DNA of 62,934 nt, filler included, from Choristocarpus tenellus KU-1152 (Eukaryota > Protista > Phaeophyceae): the NCBI GenBank assembly GCA_964200185.2. It is 10 parts of 10 records of this genome, joined end to end, with 100 filler letters (N's around TTAATTAATTAA, not from the genome) between each part and the next. Parts side by side here need not be neighbours in the genome. Positions count along the whole stretch, not along the records: positions 24,004 to 34,582 come from CAXNAD020002848.1; positions 34,683 to 40,834 come from CAXNAD020008815.1; positions 40,935 to 52,763 come from CAXNAD020002117.1; 7 more parts are not named here. The stretch is one strand, 5' to 3'. The translations under genes and the position numbers were made by a program. Positions 25,473 through 41,451 of this stretch are shown piece by piece (position 1 is the first letter of the stretch; the number at the start of each line of letters is the position of its first letter). The notes beneath the pieces are model-generated. The model was not told the DNA's origin. It saw only the letters and a list, made by a program, of their open reading frames with translations, and ran no database searches.

Positions 25473-27344
25473 CTAGAAACCACCTTGTTCTCCATTTGAG
25501 TCCAACAACCCGTATGATGCTAAATCTATATCCTGGGACTCACACAGTTCCTTGAATCGCATAAAATCTTCACGAGAATACTCAGCAGAATTTTTACCTT
25601 TGAAGTCAGTTCGACTCCCTTTTGATACCACATCCGGATCCCGGGACTGCTCTAATGCCTTCAAATGCCTGAACCTCTCAAAGGATTTGAACTCATTCAA
25701 CACCTTCTCTGCAGTAGTAATATCATTGAAATAACCAAGGTGAATTTGCTTTCCCCCTTTCATCCCAAAAGCACTCCAAGCTTTCTGCGATGAAGCCCAA
25801 TTCACTGAAGATACCCCAGATTTATTCCGTGGGTTGAGCTTCTGCTCTGGTTTTGGTATCCTGTAAGTCTCCTGGATGTTGATGAGGGGTACAATAAAGT
25901 TTCCATTATCACAAGTGTGTTATAGTAATCACATTCAGGCACAACATTCCACAAATGATGTACCGTAAGGAATCAGGGTATAGGGGAGTGTTCAGTGACC
26001 ATACCCCTCGGTACGTACCTCACAGCTTACCACCTCCAGGTTGACCAGATGATTGTCCATTTTATTGCCATTGATGTGCCTCACCCTCCAATAGCTGGAT
26101 GCGTACTCAGGGACCCACCTCCCCCAGGTTCTGTATACTACCTTGTGCATCATTATTGACTTATTTTTTCCACTGGTTGGGTCCACCCACTGAGCTTGCG
26201 CAAAACCTTTATTAGTCATTGCAGGAATCAGGTACTTCTTCCTTTCACCTCCATTTCGGTCTGAGTATCGTATTGCCCCCTCCATTGCAACCTGGCGATA
26301 TCAAGTAACAGTACATGGCAATGAGCAGGTGGAAACCACTTCGCCATGGAGTTTGAACAGAGAACAGGTGAGTCAGAAGATTACACCGCATCTTGGCTCA
26401 TGCGAATCACGTGCGATTTTTTTCTGGTACCTCGCGACTTTCCTCATTGTATGTCAGAAAAGTACCACCAACCTCTATCTCCGGGTGGTCTGGGTGCACC
26501 CTCCAACTGAAGCTATCAACGACATCTGTGAGATCGGGACCAGCGCGACGTGTCCGACGCGGCGTACCCCTTGAACTACGGCGCGCTGTTTTGGTGTAGC
26601 TGAGGTTGCTGAGTCTATTATCTGACAAATCTCCATTGTTGTTCACAATTTGCCACGTCCATTTCCCCTGTTGAGAGTAAGACCAAGAAAAGGTTCAACT
26701 AGGGTTATTTATAGTAGCAGGTTCTCAAAAGACAGATACAGTAGGGATTTGAATTCTTCTTCTCAACCACGGGTACGGGCACAGGACCACATCACCTTGC
26801 CGTCTTCGTTTGGGAGTTGGCCATCTGGGTACGGCACCTCGAACGTAGCCATCATAATTCTTTGTGTGCTCACACGGGTGTGCCTACCCTTGAAGGACAA
26901 TATATACCGGGCGCTGTCACCAGGCTGGCAACTATGCGGTTTGAGCTTCCTCCGAATAACTAAATCGTCTTTCTTGCGGGTCCTAACCGAATACACATTG
27001 CCCCTATTGTCCGCCCGGTATAAGCCCAATGGAGCATCATCAGGCATCACCCACACAGGAACGTCACGCTCTTTTAGGCCAACCACATCCGGAGCCTCTA
27101 TTGGTATGTCTTCTGCATCATTGTGGGTATGACCTAAGGTGGCATCAACAGCCTCGACAGAATCGTGCTTCTCTCCGGTCTCTTCCCCATTCGCAAGACA
27201 CAATCTTGTTCGTGGGCTTGATGTCCGTGGACTATTATTGACTTCAATTACACCTCCTGACTTGATGCAAGCGGGGATGTATGCCACACAGGGCGCTAGT
27301 GGGCACCCCAGGAAAGAAAGGACGGCAACCAGGTCGCGCCTCAT
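25473..27344 (-). CDS. Signal/transit-peptide-bearing NUMOD4-HNH-NUMOD4-HNH-AP2 protein (~467 aa), homing-endonuclease derived
   Basis: Exons 27344-26796, 26667-26473, 26291-26031, 25871-25473, all phase-0 GT-AG, joining with no stops. NUMOD4-like WVMPDDAPLGLYRADNRGNVYS and WRVHPDHPEIEVAMEGAIRY. HNH_3-like IVNNNGDLSDNRLSNL and VRHINGNKMDNHLVNLE. AP2-like RNKSGVSSVNW..KAWSA..GKQIHLGYFNDITTAEK. Confidence 0.88.
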
Positions 27345-27639
27345 CCCCAGGGCCCAGGGTTATTCTCTTTTTGAGCTCACACTTTCTTGCCAAAGGAAAT
27401 CAAGTAAGTCCAAAAATATGACGACAGTGGTATTGTTGCTGTTATAGTTGTGTAATCGAAATTTTTGTAAAGATCAAATCGACCCAAACATTTTCGATAG
27501 TCTAGTCTCGATACTTTTGAACTACTTCTGAACTCAAGTGAAAATTATGTGAAGGGAACAAACATACAATAGTAGTAGTTGTGCACTACTGGAAAGAATG
27601 ATCCGGTTCGATTCGAATTTCCGCTTACAACGAAATCAG

Positions 27640-28360
27640 TGAAGAAATTGATGTGTTTTAACAATAATGTGTTATTCCATCATGGGTGACCTCAAACAGT
27701 GTGTGTGGAGAATTCGAAGGAAGGTCACTACTCAAATCTTGGAGGACGACTAACTGTGGCTTAGCAAAGCGGTAAGGTCTGGGAGGTCCACGAAACTCCC
27801 TGAGGCCAAGGAAGTGGTCATCAAATTCGTCACCAATCTTTACTCGATCACAGTGCAAAAAAAGGTAATGCAAACATAAAATAAAAACGGTGGTGCGAAG
27901 AGTTCTCATATCTTTAGATAGCTGAACAAGATGGAAGCCGAGAAGAAGCATCCGTGGATCAAACCGAGGATTAGAGACTGCCACAAGGCCATATTTACTT
28001 AGGGTTGGATTTGCGTTCGGTCACATCGACAGTTCGTACCTAACTTTCAATACTCAAAATAATTGTTTGTTAGGAAGGTTTGGACCCTTTTAAATTCCAA
28101 GTCATCTTTCTTACTACCCTACACAATGACTTTTATTTTATTATGTGCACAATAATATATGGAATATTGGTATCTCCCCTTTACACACACAAAGTGACAC
28201 CAAAATTAAGCAAAGAAGGCTCTTCCTGTATTGTACAAAATGACATCTTTTTGCACCTTCTTGGGATCCTTAATATACAACCCTGCCGACTTCTCAATTG
28301 TGTTTGACTCAAAGGGCATGTTCAACGTGGTTCACATCGATGAAACCTGGTACTACCTGA
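27640..28360 (+). mobile_element. Mariner (plant-type DD39D-like) transposase remnant
   Basis: Degraded peptides RSGRSTKL, HPWIKPRIRDCHK and MFNVVHIDETWYYL (VHIDEKWF-type first-D motif). Truncated immediately after that motif. Confidence 0.55.
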
Positions 28361-28398
28361 TTGGTGGCGGATTTGTCAAAAAAGTTTTTATGTTCTGC

Positions 28399-29905
28399 GT
28401 GTACTTACATAAGAGAGGTCAATATAAGAGAAAAGGGGATATAGGGTAAATTACCTTGTCACAACTTTTCAGGCTATAAGAGAGGTTTCGGCGTCTTCGT
28501 TCCAATTCTTTCTTATATCGAGCAAACTTCCATTTTTTTTCACTAAGATGATACCAGTAGCTTTGCCCTCTTTAGCAGTTCCGTTTTTTTTCACTGGATG
28601 GCCGCAAAAGATATACAATATATATATCAAATTAAAGCTTATGACAAAACCTTTTGAAGGTTTGTATGGAGGAATGTAGAAACGTCGGTGAAGCGGATGT
28701 CCTGATAAAGTAATGGAAAAAATGCGGGGGAATATTTCGGGCGCAATTTTGAAGGTCAGGACTTCAAAACTTGCAAAAATGAAGTGGTTGGCTGAACTCC
28801 TTGCAGAAAACTGGTTTGGAGGGCACGGGCATCACGAATATGCTTTTATGTTTTTAATCCGATGTCCACATCAAAAGTTATGACGGGACAACCCCAGAGG
28901 TCGAAGCTACTGGTACCACTAGATGAAGGGGTTTCACAAACAGCCATGTCTAAAGTTAAACAAAATTCAACAAAATAAGCCAGAAAGCAGTCACACCATG
29001 TTGTCTCTCAGTATTGCACACTGCACATCAAGTTTAGATAACTACCTTGTACAGATATAAAGATACCCTACGCAGCGGGACCCAACTGCAACATACAGGG
29101 GTATTATTTCTGGTCCACCACACTATACATGCCGTAAGTGTCGCGTTTGTAGCGGCTATCTTCATGTCATTTGCGGCGTTGTGGATCCTTTTAGCGCCAG
29201 CGAAATGAAATTTGTGTGCAAATTGTGCATGAGCCTCACCAAGCGCAAGGCTTCGAGTCCTCCAGCGGGTGACAACACCGCGTCGAAGCGCCACAATAAC
29301 AAGAAAGGTCAACATCCTCCCTGCCCCCGCGTCCAAGCGGAGCTGACCTCAAAGTTTGGCAATACTACTTGCACCTCGGACAAGTTCACCTCTGACACTG
29401 ACAACTCTGTTGAGGACACCGATGAGCTGATGCACCTCATGCAGCTTGAGTGTCGGCACGAGGAGTGGCAATATTGATAAGGATCTCTCCGATGCTCTTG
29501 ACGCTCTACACCTCAAAACTCGCCGGAAAAACGTCTCGGGCTTCCATCGGCGCAGCGAGAGCGCGGATCAGTGCGGAAGACAACGATGAAGTGGCCAATG
29601 TAATACTAGAGGACATGGAAGACCAGCTTTTCGACGAATCCTTGTACCAGTCAGACAATGAAGCTCCGGTGACGAGGTTGACGATGAGTTTATGGGAGGA
29701 GGCAGTGCATTGGGGACCGTGAGGAAAGGAGCAGCCTCTTCAGTGTTGTCGATTCCTCCACCTTCGCACTCTCAAGTGGCTGACGAGTTTGCAAGCTTAG
29801 AAACAACTGCCGAAGAGTGCAGGATGAAGGATGTTTCGTAATATCTCCAGAAAGTAGAGCTGGCTTGGCTCAGCGCAATTGGGGCAAAGACAGGTTGTGA
29901 AACCT
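28399..29905 (+). mobile_element. pogo-like deletion derivative (copy 1) with N-terminal PHD-like finger
   Basis: 5' end with repeated TATAAGAG motifs. Peptide PPHYTCRKCRVCSGYLHVICG..KFVCKLC and acidic tail EDNDEVANVILEDMEDQL. Homologous to 58917-59845 on the minus strand. Confidence 0.7.
28548..28919. mobile_element. Nested non-autonomous TIR element (~372 bp) inside pogo copy 1
   Basis: 24-bp imperfect TIRs, ATGATACCAGTAGCTTTGCCCTCT vs GTGGTACCAGTAGCTTCGACCTCT (20/24). Absent at the equivalent site of copy 2 (~59700). Confidence 0.7.
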
Positions 29906-32623
29906 AGGTGGTATGTTTTGATTTTGGTGATGTGGTAAGAGAGGCATTCATCCATATACTATAAGAAAATAAATAAATATATATATGGTACAATAGTCGG
30001 TAGTTGTAGAAACATTCGTTACCTTCCAATATGATTTGAGTGGTAGTGAAGGCAATCCTGCTCCTGATTGGGTTCAGTGCTTTGGGATATCTTGTGAGGA
30101 TTAGCCCTCCTCTTGTGGTAACATATTCCACACACTCATACACATCATTTGAAGAGCAGTGTTATTTTCTCATTTATTTCCTGCCTTGTTATTGTACACT
30201 GGCAAGAATCGGAGGACTAACGGTGGAACGATGCTGAGTATCTACCACTAAAACACTTTACCTGCTACTTGGTGTAGCCCTGTTCCCCTCACTGGCACAC
30301 AGTTTGTTGTCACTACTGAGGATTTGAGGCCTCAGTAGATCAAAGGAGAAGATACTCTGTTCTTACCACTTGTTTAGAATGACTTCCAACTTACATGTAT
30401 GTACAGAAAGTTAGCAGGGAGGTGAAAGTGTGTGGGGCGCTCTTAAAGTGTCAATGCTGGGGAGAAGTTCTTAGGGTAACAAGAGTCATGCTACTACTAA
30501 CACAAGTTTGTGGTGCAGCGTCTGCAGCGACTGGGACAGCCCCTGAAAACGTATCTGTTCATATCATGACATCACAAAATGTATTCTCCTGAGGGCTTAT
30601 TAGTCACTACAATAGAGAGCATTACAGGCCCCGACACAAACCATCCTGGGGGATGACATACCAATCAAAGTACTACTATTGTACTACAGTGTACCTTGTG
30701 TAGTAGTACTTCTTTTGGTTGTAAGTATTCATTTGGTGGTCTCACGCATATTCGAGAAAACCATCCTCTCCTCTAAGTGTAGTGAGAATCCCTGCCATAT
30801 TGATCAGTGTCCCTTGATGAACTGTACTCCAAAACACTGAACTTGCTCCAGAAACAAAATAGCCACTCCATCGTTTTAAGAACATTTCGCAACTTAGTTT
30901 GCACGAAGCACATTTTTTTCAAATGCACACAACAAAATCAAGACAATAACCAAGAAAGCATTGTTCGCTTCTTATGTTGCATCTCTTCGATTGCAATAAA
31001 TATGAAAGCGTCTGATTCCTGACTCAGCTAGTATCTCTGCATACATAGAAGAAATTGGGACACTACAGCACTCCAGGACAACACAAGTCTAAATAAACAA
31101 AAGGAATGCCACTTCTAATATTTTGCTACTTTAATAATAGTCTGCCAGGCACTGAAGGCTTGGTTTGATATGAAGGGCTACAAAAAACTCAGAATACAAT
31201 AGATGTTGGTGTAACCAAGCCTGGAGCAAAAGAGCTTGTGCTTGTAGGAGGTGCACCACTCCCCCTACCAGAGGGAGTTGCAGGCATTGATGGATTAAAT
31301 TGCCTTGTTGGTGGATTCAGGTTGAAGAAAGGAGGGGCAAGAGGATGGAGCCGGGCCGTAACAAGTCGTGGAGGTGACCCTGGCTGTAGAACAGGAAAGG
31401 GCAGCAAAGTAATCAAGATGGGTATTAGGGCGGTGAGAATGTGTTGATAGGCTGCAGGTAGGTACATGATAAACATTACATTCGGCATAAAGTGGGGAAA
31501 AGATGTGGGATCAGGAAAATAATGAGATCAGTATCTCATTACTTCAACAGTGGTAATTCCCAACAGTAGTCAGGTTTAATTATGCCTCATTCAAACAGGT
31601 ACCCAATGGATGACTGCTGCTTGGATGACAACCTCTCTCATGATGTTCTAATGTAGCTGAGGAATTGGATACTGCAGGTCACCTCCCCTGAGGAAAATTG
31701 TCCTGGTACATGGAAACCAACTAGGTACGCGCTCTCATCTCATCTTTTCCCTCAGATTCCTGTCAATGCATTGTCAAGAAGTGATTGGAGAGGAACATAC
31801 AAGATGTCCCGTACGCAGAGTTGATGGTAGAGGGGTAAGCAACATAATTGAGACATGCGAGACATACAGAGTGAAGGCACACTGGCTTACCACAGAATCA
31901 AATACAGCAGAAGATTGTGCCTCCAGTGCACATTTCACTTCTGCTGCTGATGGATCTTTCATTCGCACAAATCGGAGGGTCCTTTTCCAGTCAATGAAGG
32001 CCATGGCACAAGCACGCGTGGAAGGGAAAGAGCGGAGATATGAATAACAATAGAGGTATGCCATTCAGGGTCTTACATCCTTTGCTCCAATATAGGCGGG
32101 TTTTTCCTATTGGTGAGGGAGGCGATATACAATGAGGACATTTGCCTTCCCTCAAGGATCACTGCATATACCTGAAAGGAGTGCAATAGAGGTGAAGGAG
32201 CCTTCAAATGCCTACATCAAATATGTGTTGGGGAGGGAATGAACTGGAAACATGTCAGTGAGAAGCATATAATTTACATCTCACATGAAACAAATCTACG
32301 CCTTCTAAAGGCTGGAAATAGATCAGTAGCAGTTCATTTTACAAAGTACAATGTAGCATTCTTCTGCTCGTCTACGCACAAGTTGTGACTAAATTTTCAG
32401 GGGACACAACACCTAGTTGTGCTGGTTAGAGAAAAAAACTCATTCATGGATCAAGTGCTTTCAACACGCACCTGGGGGGTGAGGCGTTGCTGCAACAGGC
32501 AATGGCTGAATCAAAACTGAAATTGTTGCCGCACAAAGCCATGCCGTTGACAGACAACAGGAGATCCCCTGGCTGGACTGCAACCTTGTAATTAAGACAA
32601 ACAGAAATGAGAGAGGGTGAAAA

Positions 32624-32903
32624 GGGTCAAAGTACCTGGGGGTGGTGGTGGTGGCTGTCCATTTGGAGCTAATTTTTTTATGTCGCGATTTTGGGTGATT
32701 TGGTTCCATACGTTGGATGGATAATGAAAGTGCACTTTTCCTGGTATTGGTCCAAATGGACACTTTGATGAAGACCCCCCCCCCCCCCCCCGGGGCTTTG
32801 GGAGAAAATTTTTTAGAAAACAAAGAAGAAGGGGCAAAAAAANNNNNNNNNNAAAATAGTACATTTTTTGAAGACCCCCCCCCCCCCCCAGGTACTTTGT
32901 GTC
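32624..32903 (+). mobile_element. MITE family B, full-length copy (right end duplicated around a 10-N gap)
   Basis: GGGTCAAAGTACCTGGGGG ... CCCCCAGGTACTTTGTGTC. TSD AAAA at 32620-32623 and 32904-32907. Confidence 0.8.
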
Positions 32904-34682
32904 AAAATTTTATCAGAGATCAAGATGAATGGGCAAAAAAAATGGAGGGAGCAAAGCATCAAGGCACAACCAAGATAACGTTTGGACAAAGAAAAGTGCG
33001 ATGTTGTTAAGATTTGCGATCCTTTTCTCCGAAGACCAACTCACTACAATTCTGAAGCCAATATCCTGTCAATACAGGTCGAACTATCAGGTCGAACTAT
33101 CAGAAAGAGTCTGTCCCATCGGACACGCAATCAAGCCTAACCCTAACCCTAAACCTATTAACCTCACATTACACATTCTTGCACATTACACAACAATATC
33201 CATCACTGGCCAGCCACTCCCAAAGTGCAGGACGATTACAAGTGAAGTGAGGCACTAAAGTGAACGATAGACTCAAGGCTATGGAGAAGAAAAAACGACA
33301 GAAAGTCACAAAGAGAACAGGTAAGAAAATGCTGCAGACTCCAGATCAAACACAAGTTTAAGACCTTCAAGAAAAATATTGGCAATGGACTTTTACCTGT
33401 AAGTACTGGTGCTGGGCCTCGAGAACCTCAAGGCATCCAAATGCTGGTTGGCCTGGCGGGGCTCCCGCTGGTGATTGCGTGTACAGTGAGCGGAGGTTGA
33501 GCCCAAGGGCCCCGACCCTGGGAAATATCACCTTCCAGTCAAGGGATACTAGTGAAGTAAGAACTACATTTATTCCAAGGTTTCAAGAGGGTGAGGGACC
33601 TTGCAGGTTGAATGTTTCCTACTGGGTAATATTGATGTGTACAATATTTCATTGGTGTACATATTGCCTTCCATAGTACGTCCTCTGTAGCTCTAGCCTT
33701 AATGTTATTTATGAATAGGAATAAGATCACTCCCATTGCATCAATCAAAATAACAATTAAAAACAGTGCAACAGACTGTGATGGGAAAAGCCAGCCCATC
33801 CAACAAAACGTAATATTATGTCTTGATCATCGAGGCCAGCACTTCTTGTTATAACATACCATATGGAAGGCTTTAGTCACAAAAAAAAGGTACTGCTTTG
33901 AAGGACTATGTAGAGCACCACTATTAGAGTACATCAAGAAGTATGGGACACTTATTGAGTTCAAAACATACCCAACCAATTCTATCATTCAGCCTCTACT
34001 ACACTGCAGCGATTCAATCTCTTCAATTCAATTAAATATCTTATCTATCTCATTTTTTAATTTTGTAGTGATAGCAGCATTTCCTATAAATTCCGTTTTA
34101 TCAATGACTTTAGAACTTAGATCAATGTTCTCCCTTTTAAATTTAGTTACCTCACAAGCTCTTTTTAGGATTATCACTAATTTATCATGGGTAAATGTTT
34201 TTTCTAAATAGTCATAAGCGAATCATAATCAACCAAAACAGAAAACTGAGGGGTAATTCTTGATTATTTATTTTTCACAAGAAACACTCGCTGCTGTGCG
34301 CTCTGCTTGTGCACCTTGGCATTTTGTGTGCCTCTACATGTGTGCTGCATGCAAGTTTCAATTGTAATCAACCGCCTTGAAAATTTTCAAGTCGAGTTAA
34401 TTTGTGCCCCAAAATGCCCTCGGTTCGCAACACTGCATATTGTAGTAGAGTGTGTGTTTATGTGCTGCAATGAGCAGACAACACACAACTTGCAAACCTT
34501 CTCAACCAAGTGAGGGATATTCATTGGTTCTAGCATTACAAAAGAGCAGGGCATCAAATACCCCCCCCCCCTGCCCCACACCNNNNNNNNNNNNNNNNNN
34601 NNNNNNNNNNNNNNNNNNNNNNNNNNTTAATTAATTAANNNNNNNNNNNNNNNNNNNNNNNNNNNNNNNNNNNNNNNNNNNN

Positions 34683-35232
34683 CTGACACATCTGCAAAAT
34701 GTCAGAGGGCATAATAATATAATACATATATATATTTCTATTACAGTTCGGTTTGCGACCCTCATTATCACCCTACAGGTTTGTGTGGATTGGAGATGCA
34801 TAGGTCACTAAGGCAAGTTTTTCATATTGGTTTGTAACATAAATTGTTCACTTTCATCATATGGTAGAGTAGTATTCTGTTTGTTCTGGTCTTGATTAAA
34901 ATAAATATATTTCTCTCACATCCCTACTCCTACTCTTAATTTTTAGAAATACTATTGTAGTATAGAGTTGGATATTTGACACTAACATTGTTTTATAGTG
35001 TTCTTACATTTAGGATATGTTTTTCTCTTATAATAACATACATGTATATATTTTTTGATTGGTTCCCCCTCTGCAAAATGTCAGAAGGCATAATAATATT
35101 TGGAAGTTGTTTACTCTCACCTACCAATCCATCCATATATTTATTTTTATGCCTTCTGACATTTTGTAGATGTGTCAGGGGAGAAACAAATGGAAACTAT
35201 ACATATGTCAGTATAAGCCCTAAAGAAATATA
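34683..35232. mobile_element. Cluster of three CRE-like LINE 3'-end fragments
   Basis: 3'-terminal motif (…CTGCAAAATGTCAG..GCATAATAAT) at 34683(+), 35063(+) and 35141-35232(-). Confidence 0.75.
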
Positions 35233-35793
35233 ATACCATAGGGTTATAAATGTGCGTCCATATCGTTTGAGATCGAAGGTCTAAGTGACCCTGATTCGAT
35301 TCGATATATGATGTATCGAGAAGTGATATGGGTCTTAGGAACAAACAATCCAGACCTTTTCAAGTTTGATCAATGGTATAACCTAAGCGGAATAACCCCC
35401 TTCACAAACCAGCAACAAGACAAATGCTTCCTACCTGTTGAAGGTCATCCCTAACATCTTACTTCCCTTGGATATTGTACACTTTTGTCAAGTTCTTGCC
35501 ACACCTGTCGATATGAATCCTACAGAAGCAGGGCATGCTCCAACCCAACGTACATCCGATACCAATCCTATGAAGGTTGCAAACTTGGTGGGGCGAATTA
35601 CCTCGTGGATAGATAATACATTTTGCTGTCCTACAAACAGAAGGTGATACAAATTTGTACAGAGCAATTGAGGCAGTTCTAGTTTTGCTACCTCTAACAT
35701 TGTTAAGAAGATGCCGATCAAACTTGAAACGACATGATTTTTTATTTGGATATCACACTGAAACCTCTCATACATCGAAAGCCTGGATGACAG

Positions 35794-39234
<3,441 letters not shown>

Positions 39235-39482
39235 TAAACCGACCTGCATTTTTTTTGTAAACATTTTTTTAACCTTAATTAAACAGATGTGTGTTTGTGT
39301 GCGTTCTGCCCACCACGTTTACTTTGAGCTGAGGACAAAGCTCGGTATGCTTCTATTGGCGTGAAGAAATGTTTCTTGTGGATATTTGTGGCGAATACTG
39401 ATTGCTTTTGGACTAAGGTGTCGGGATTACCGATAGAATCGACTGCCAATAAACTGGCTGAAAGGGCAGTGAGGAGTTGGGT

Positions 39483-39510
39483 TTGATTTGATTTGATTTG
39501 ATTTGATTTG
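39483..39510. repeat. (GATTT)n microsatellite
   Basis: About five units, read directly. Confidence 0.9.
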
Positions 39511-41451
39511 TTAGTTTTAATCGATTCAAGTGATACAAATGAAAATGTAGAGGAAGGGCTTGTGACCCTCATGTCGAGGTGACTTGAAGAGGGAATGAGA
39601 AAAAGTAGCAAAATGCAGTTTACAGAGTGCAACTGTGTGGAGTTGACATGGATATGATTATGTGCGTTTGTTTGTGTGTATGTTTTTATTTTCTGGTGCA
39701 TTGCATCCTTGTAGTCTCAGCTGTAATAATGATGGTGGTACAGGCCAAGTTCACATATTTTTTTGTTTTCTACTCTTGATGAACAGTCATCATTTGTAGT
39801 TTTGTAGGTGGTGTAGTACTGCTCAAGAGAGGTGCCAAGTTGCATCACATCCCTGAAGATGCCATAGACCTGTCATGAAACTTGCTGCCTCTAGAGTACC
39901 ATTAGGGTTGGCTTCGTGTTCCCAGCCATGGGATTGTGCTGCAAGTCTTCACCATTAGGGTGAAGGGGTGTTAATACCAACGCTCCTGATGAGAAAAGTT
40001 TTGTGCAAGTCTCTGCAGTGTAGTATAGGAAGATGTAAGAAGGGCATAACTTCTGTGGCTTGCATCTTTCATCAGCAGCATCTTTATGTTGTAAATTCTG
40101 TCCACTCCCTCTCCTCCCCACCTATATGCTTGCCTGTGCCATCACTCTTGCACTGGTGTAACTTTATCCCATACCTTGCTCTTATAACCCACAGGAAAAT
40201 TTCTCATACGTTTTGGTGTAGAAAACCAATGAACTTTTGGTATTGTGGATATTCGTTGAATCACTACAATTCTACAATTTTATTTTTATATATGAAGAAT
40301 TGATATAAAAAACAAGAGAGTGTGATTTGATAAGAGTTTGGTTGCTTGTGAGTGAGCTCTCTCACTGTTGAACAAATCACCTGTATCACTTTGTGTGCTC
40401 CACCCATTTCGGTTCTCATTTTGGTACTAATTGAACGCTCAGGACTATGTGATGCTCACATAACACAGCCCTTAGCATTTTGGTGTTCGTACAGAAGATG
40501 GCTCTGCATGATGACTCCGTCAACCACAGTTACAGATCAATTGACCTCAAGCATTTGTCGAAAATATACATTAGTCAACTGACCCCTTAATGTTATCCTG
40601 GATAGCAGGAGATATTATGGGTCAAATGCAATGCAATATTTGAGGGTATCACAAACATTTACCTATGTGTTTTGCTGAAGTTGATTTTGTTCTTTTTGAT
40701 CAAACCTGTCCGTTTGCAACACGTACAAAAAGTTGCACCCGTGAATGTTTCTTCTTTTTCACTCATGGGACCTGTAGCCCTTGTTTGACATGCATGTTGG
40801 GGTCTGCTTGTTTTTTGGTGGGGGGGGGGGTGTTNNNNNNNNNNNNNNNNNNNNNNNNNNNNNNNNNNNNNNNNNNNNTTAATTAATTAANNNNNNNNNN
40901 NNNNNNNNNNNNNNNNNNNNNNNNNNNNNNNNNNCCCCCCCCCAACACAGCCTATCGACCTAAGTTAACCTACCAACCCAACGTTTTCATTATCCCACTC
41001 ATGGATTCCATAGATATGTAACACAGAACATGAAAAACCAACACTAGGTATTCAATAGTACAACATTCTCCAATCTTTACTCATCCCTGCTTTTCTTGAT
41101 CATACAATGGAGAGAAGTAACTCTCTCCCCAGACCATGCTCTAGGGGTACACAGAGGGGAAAAGGCAAGTAAGCCAAAAGTTACTTCACGTTGAGGTGAA
41201 TACAGACAATAGCCTTGATAATGCCTATTGCCTCACCAACACAAAATAACTACCCACCCACACAGTGCGACATGCTTGCCAGCATGGTCGCCATCGCCTC
41301 CACCCCCTCCCCAGTCCCAACGAGTGTGAACAGTCTCTTGCTTCACCGACACATTTCTTGAGTCACATTGACCCAGTTTTGAACACCAAAGGGATAAACC
41401 ATCACAAGTGACTTGCGTTAGGGTAAGGCATCCTCTACTGCATCCCCATCT

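Noticed and set aside
30860-30990. KMCFVQTKLRNVLK on the minus strand, resembling the hAT dimerisation motif
   Set aside because: Single short motif among stops; too weak to call.
32770-32945. Apparent tandem duplication of the MITE B right end
   Set aside because: Flanks a 10-N gap and follows a poly-C run; looks like a low-quality overlapping read end.
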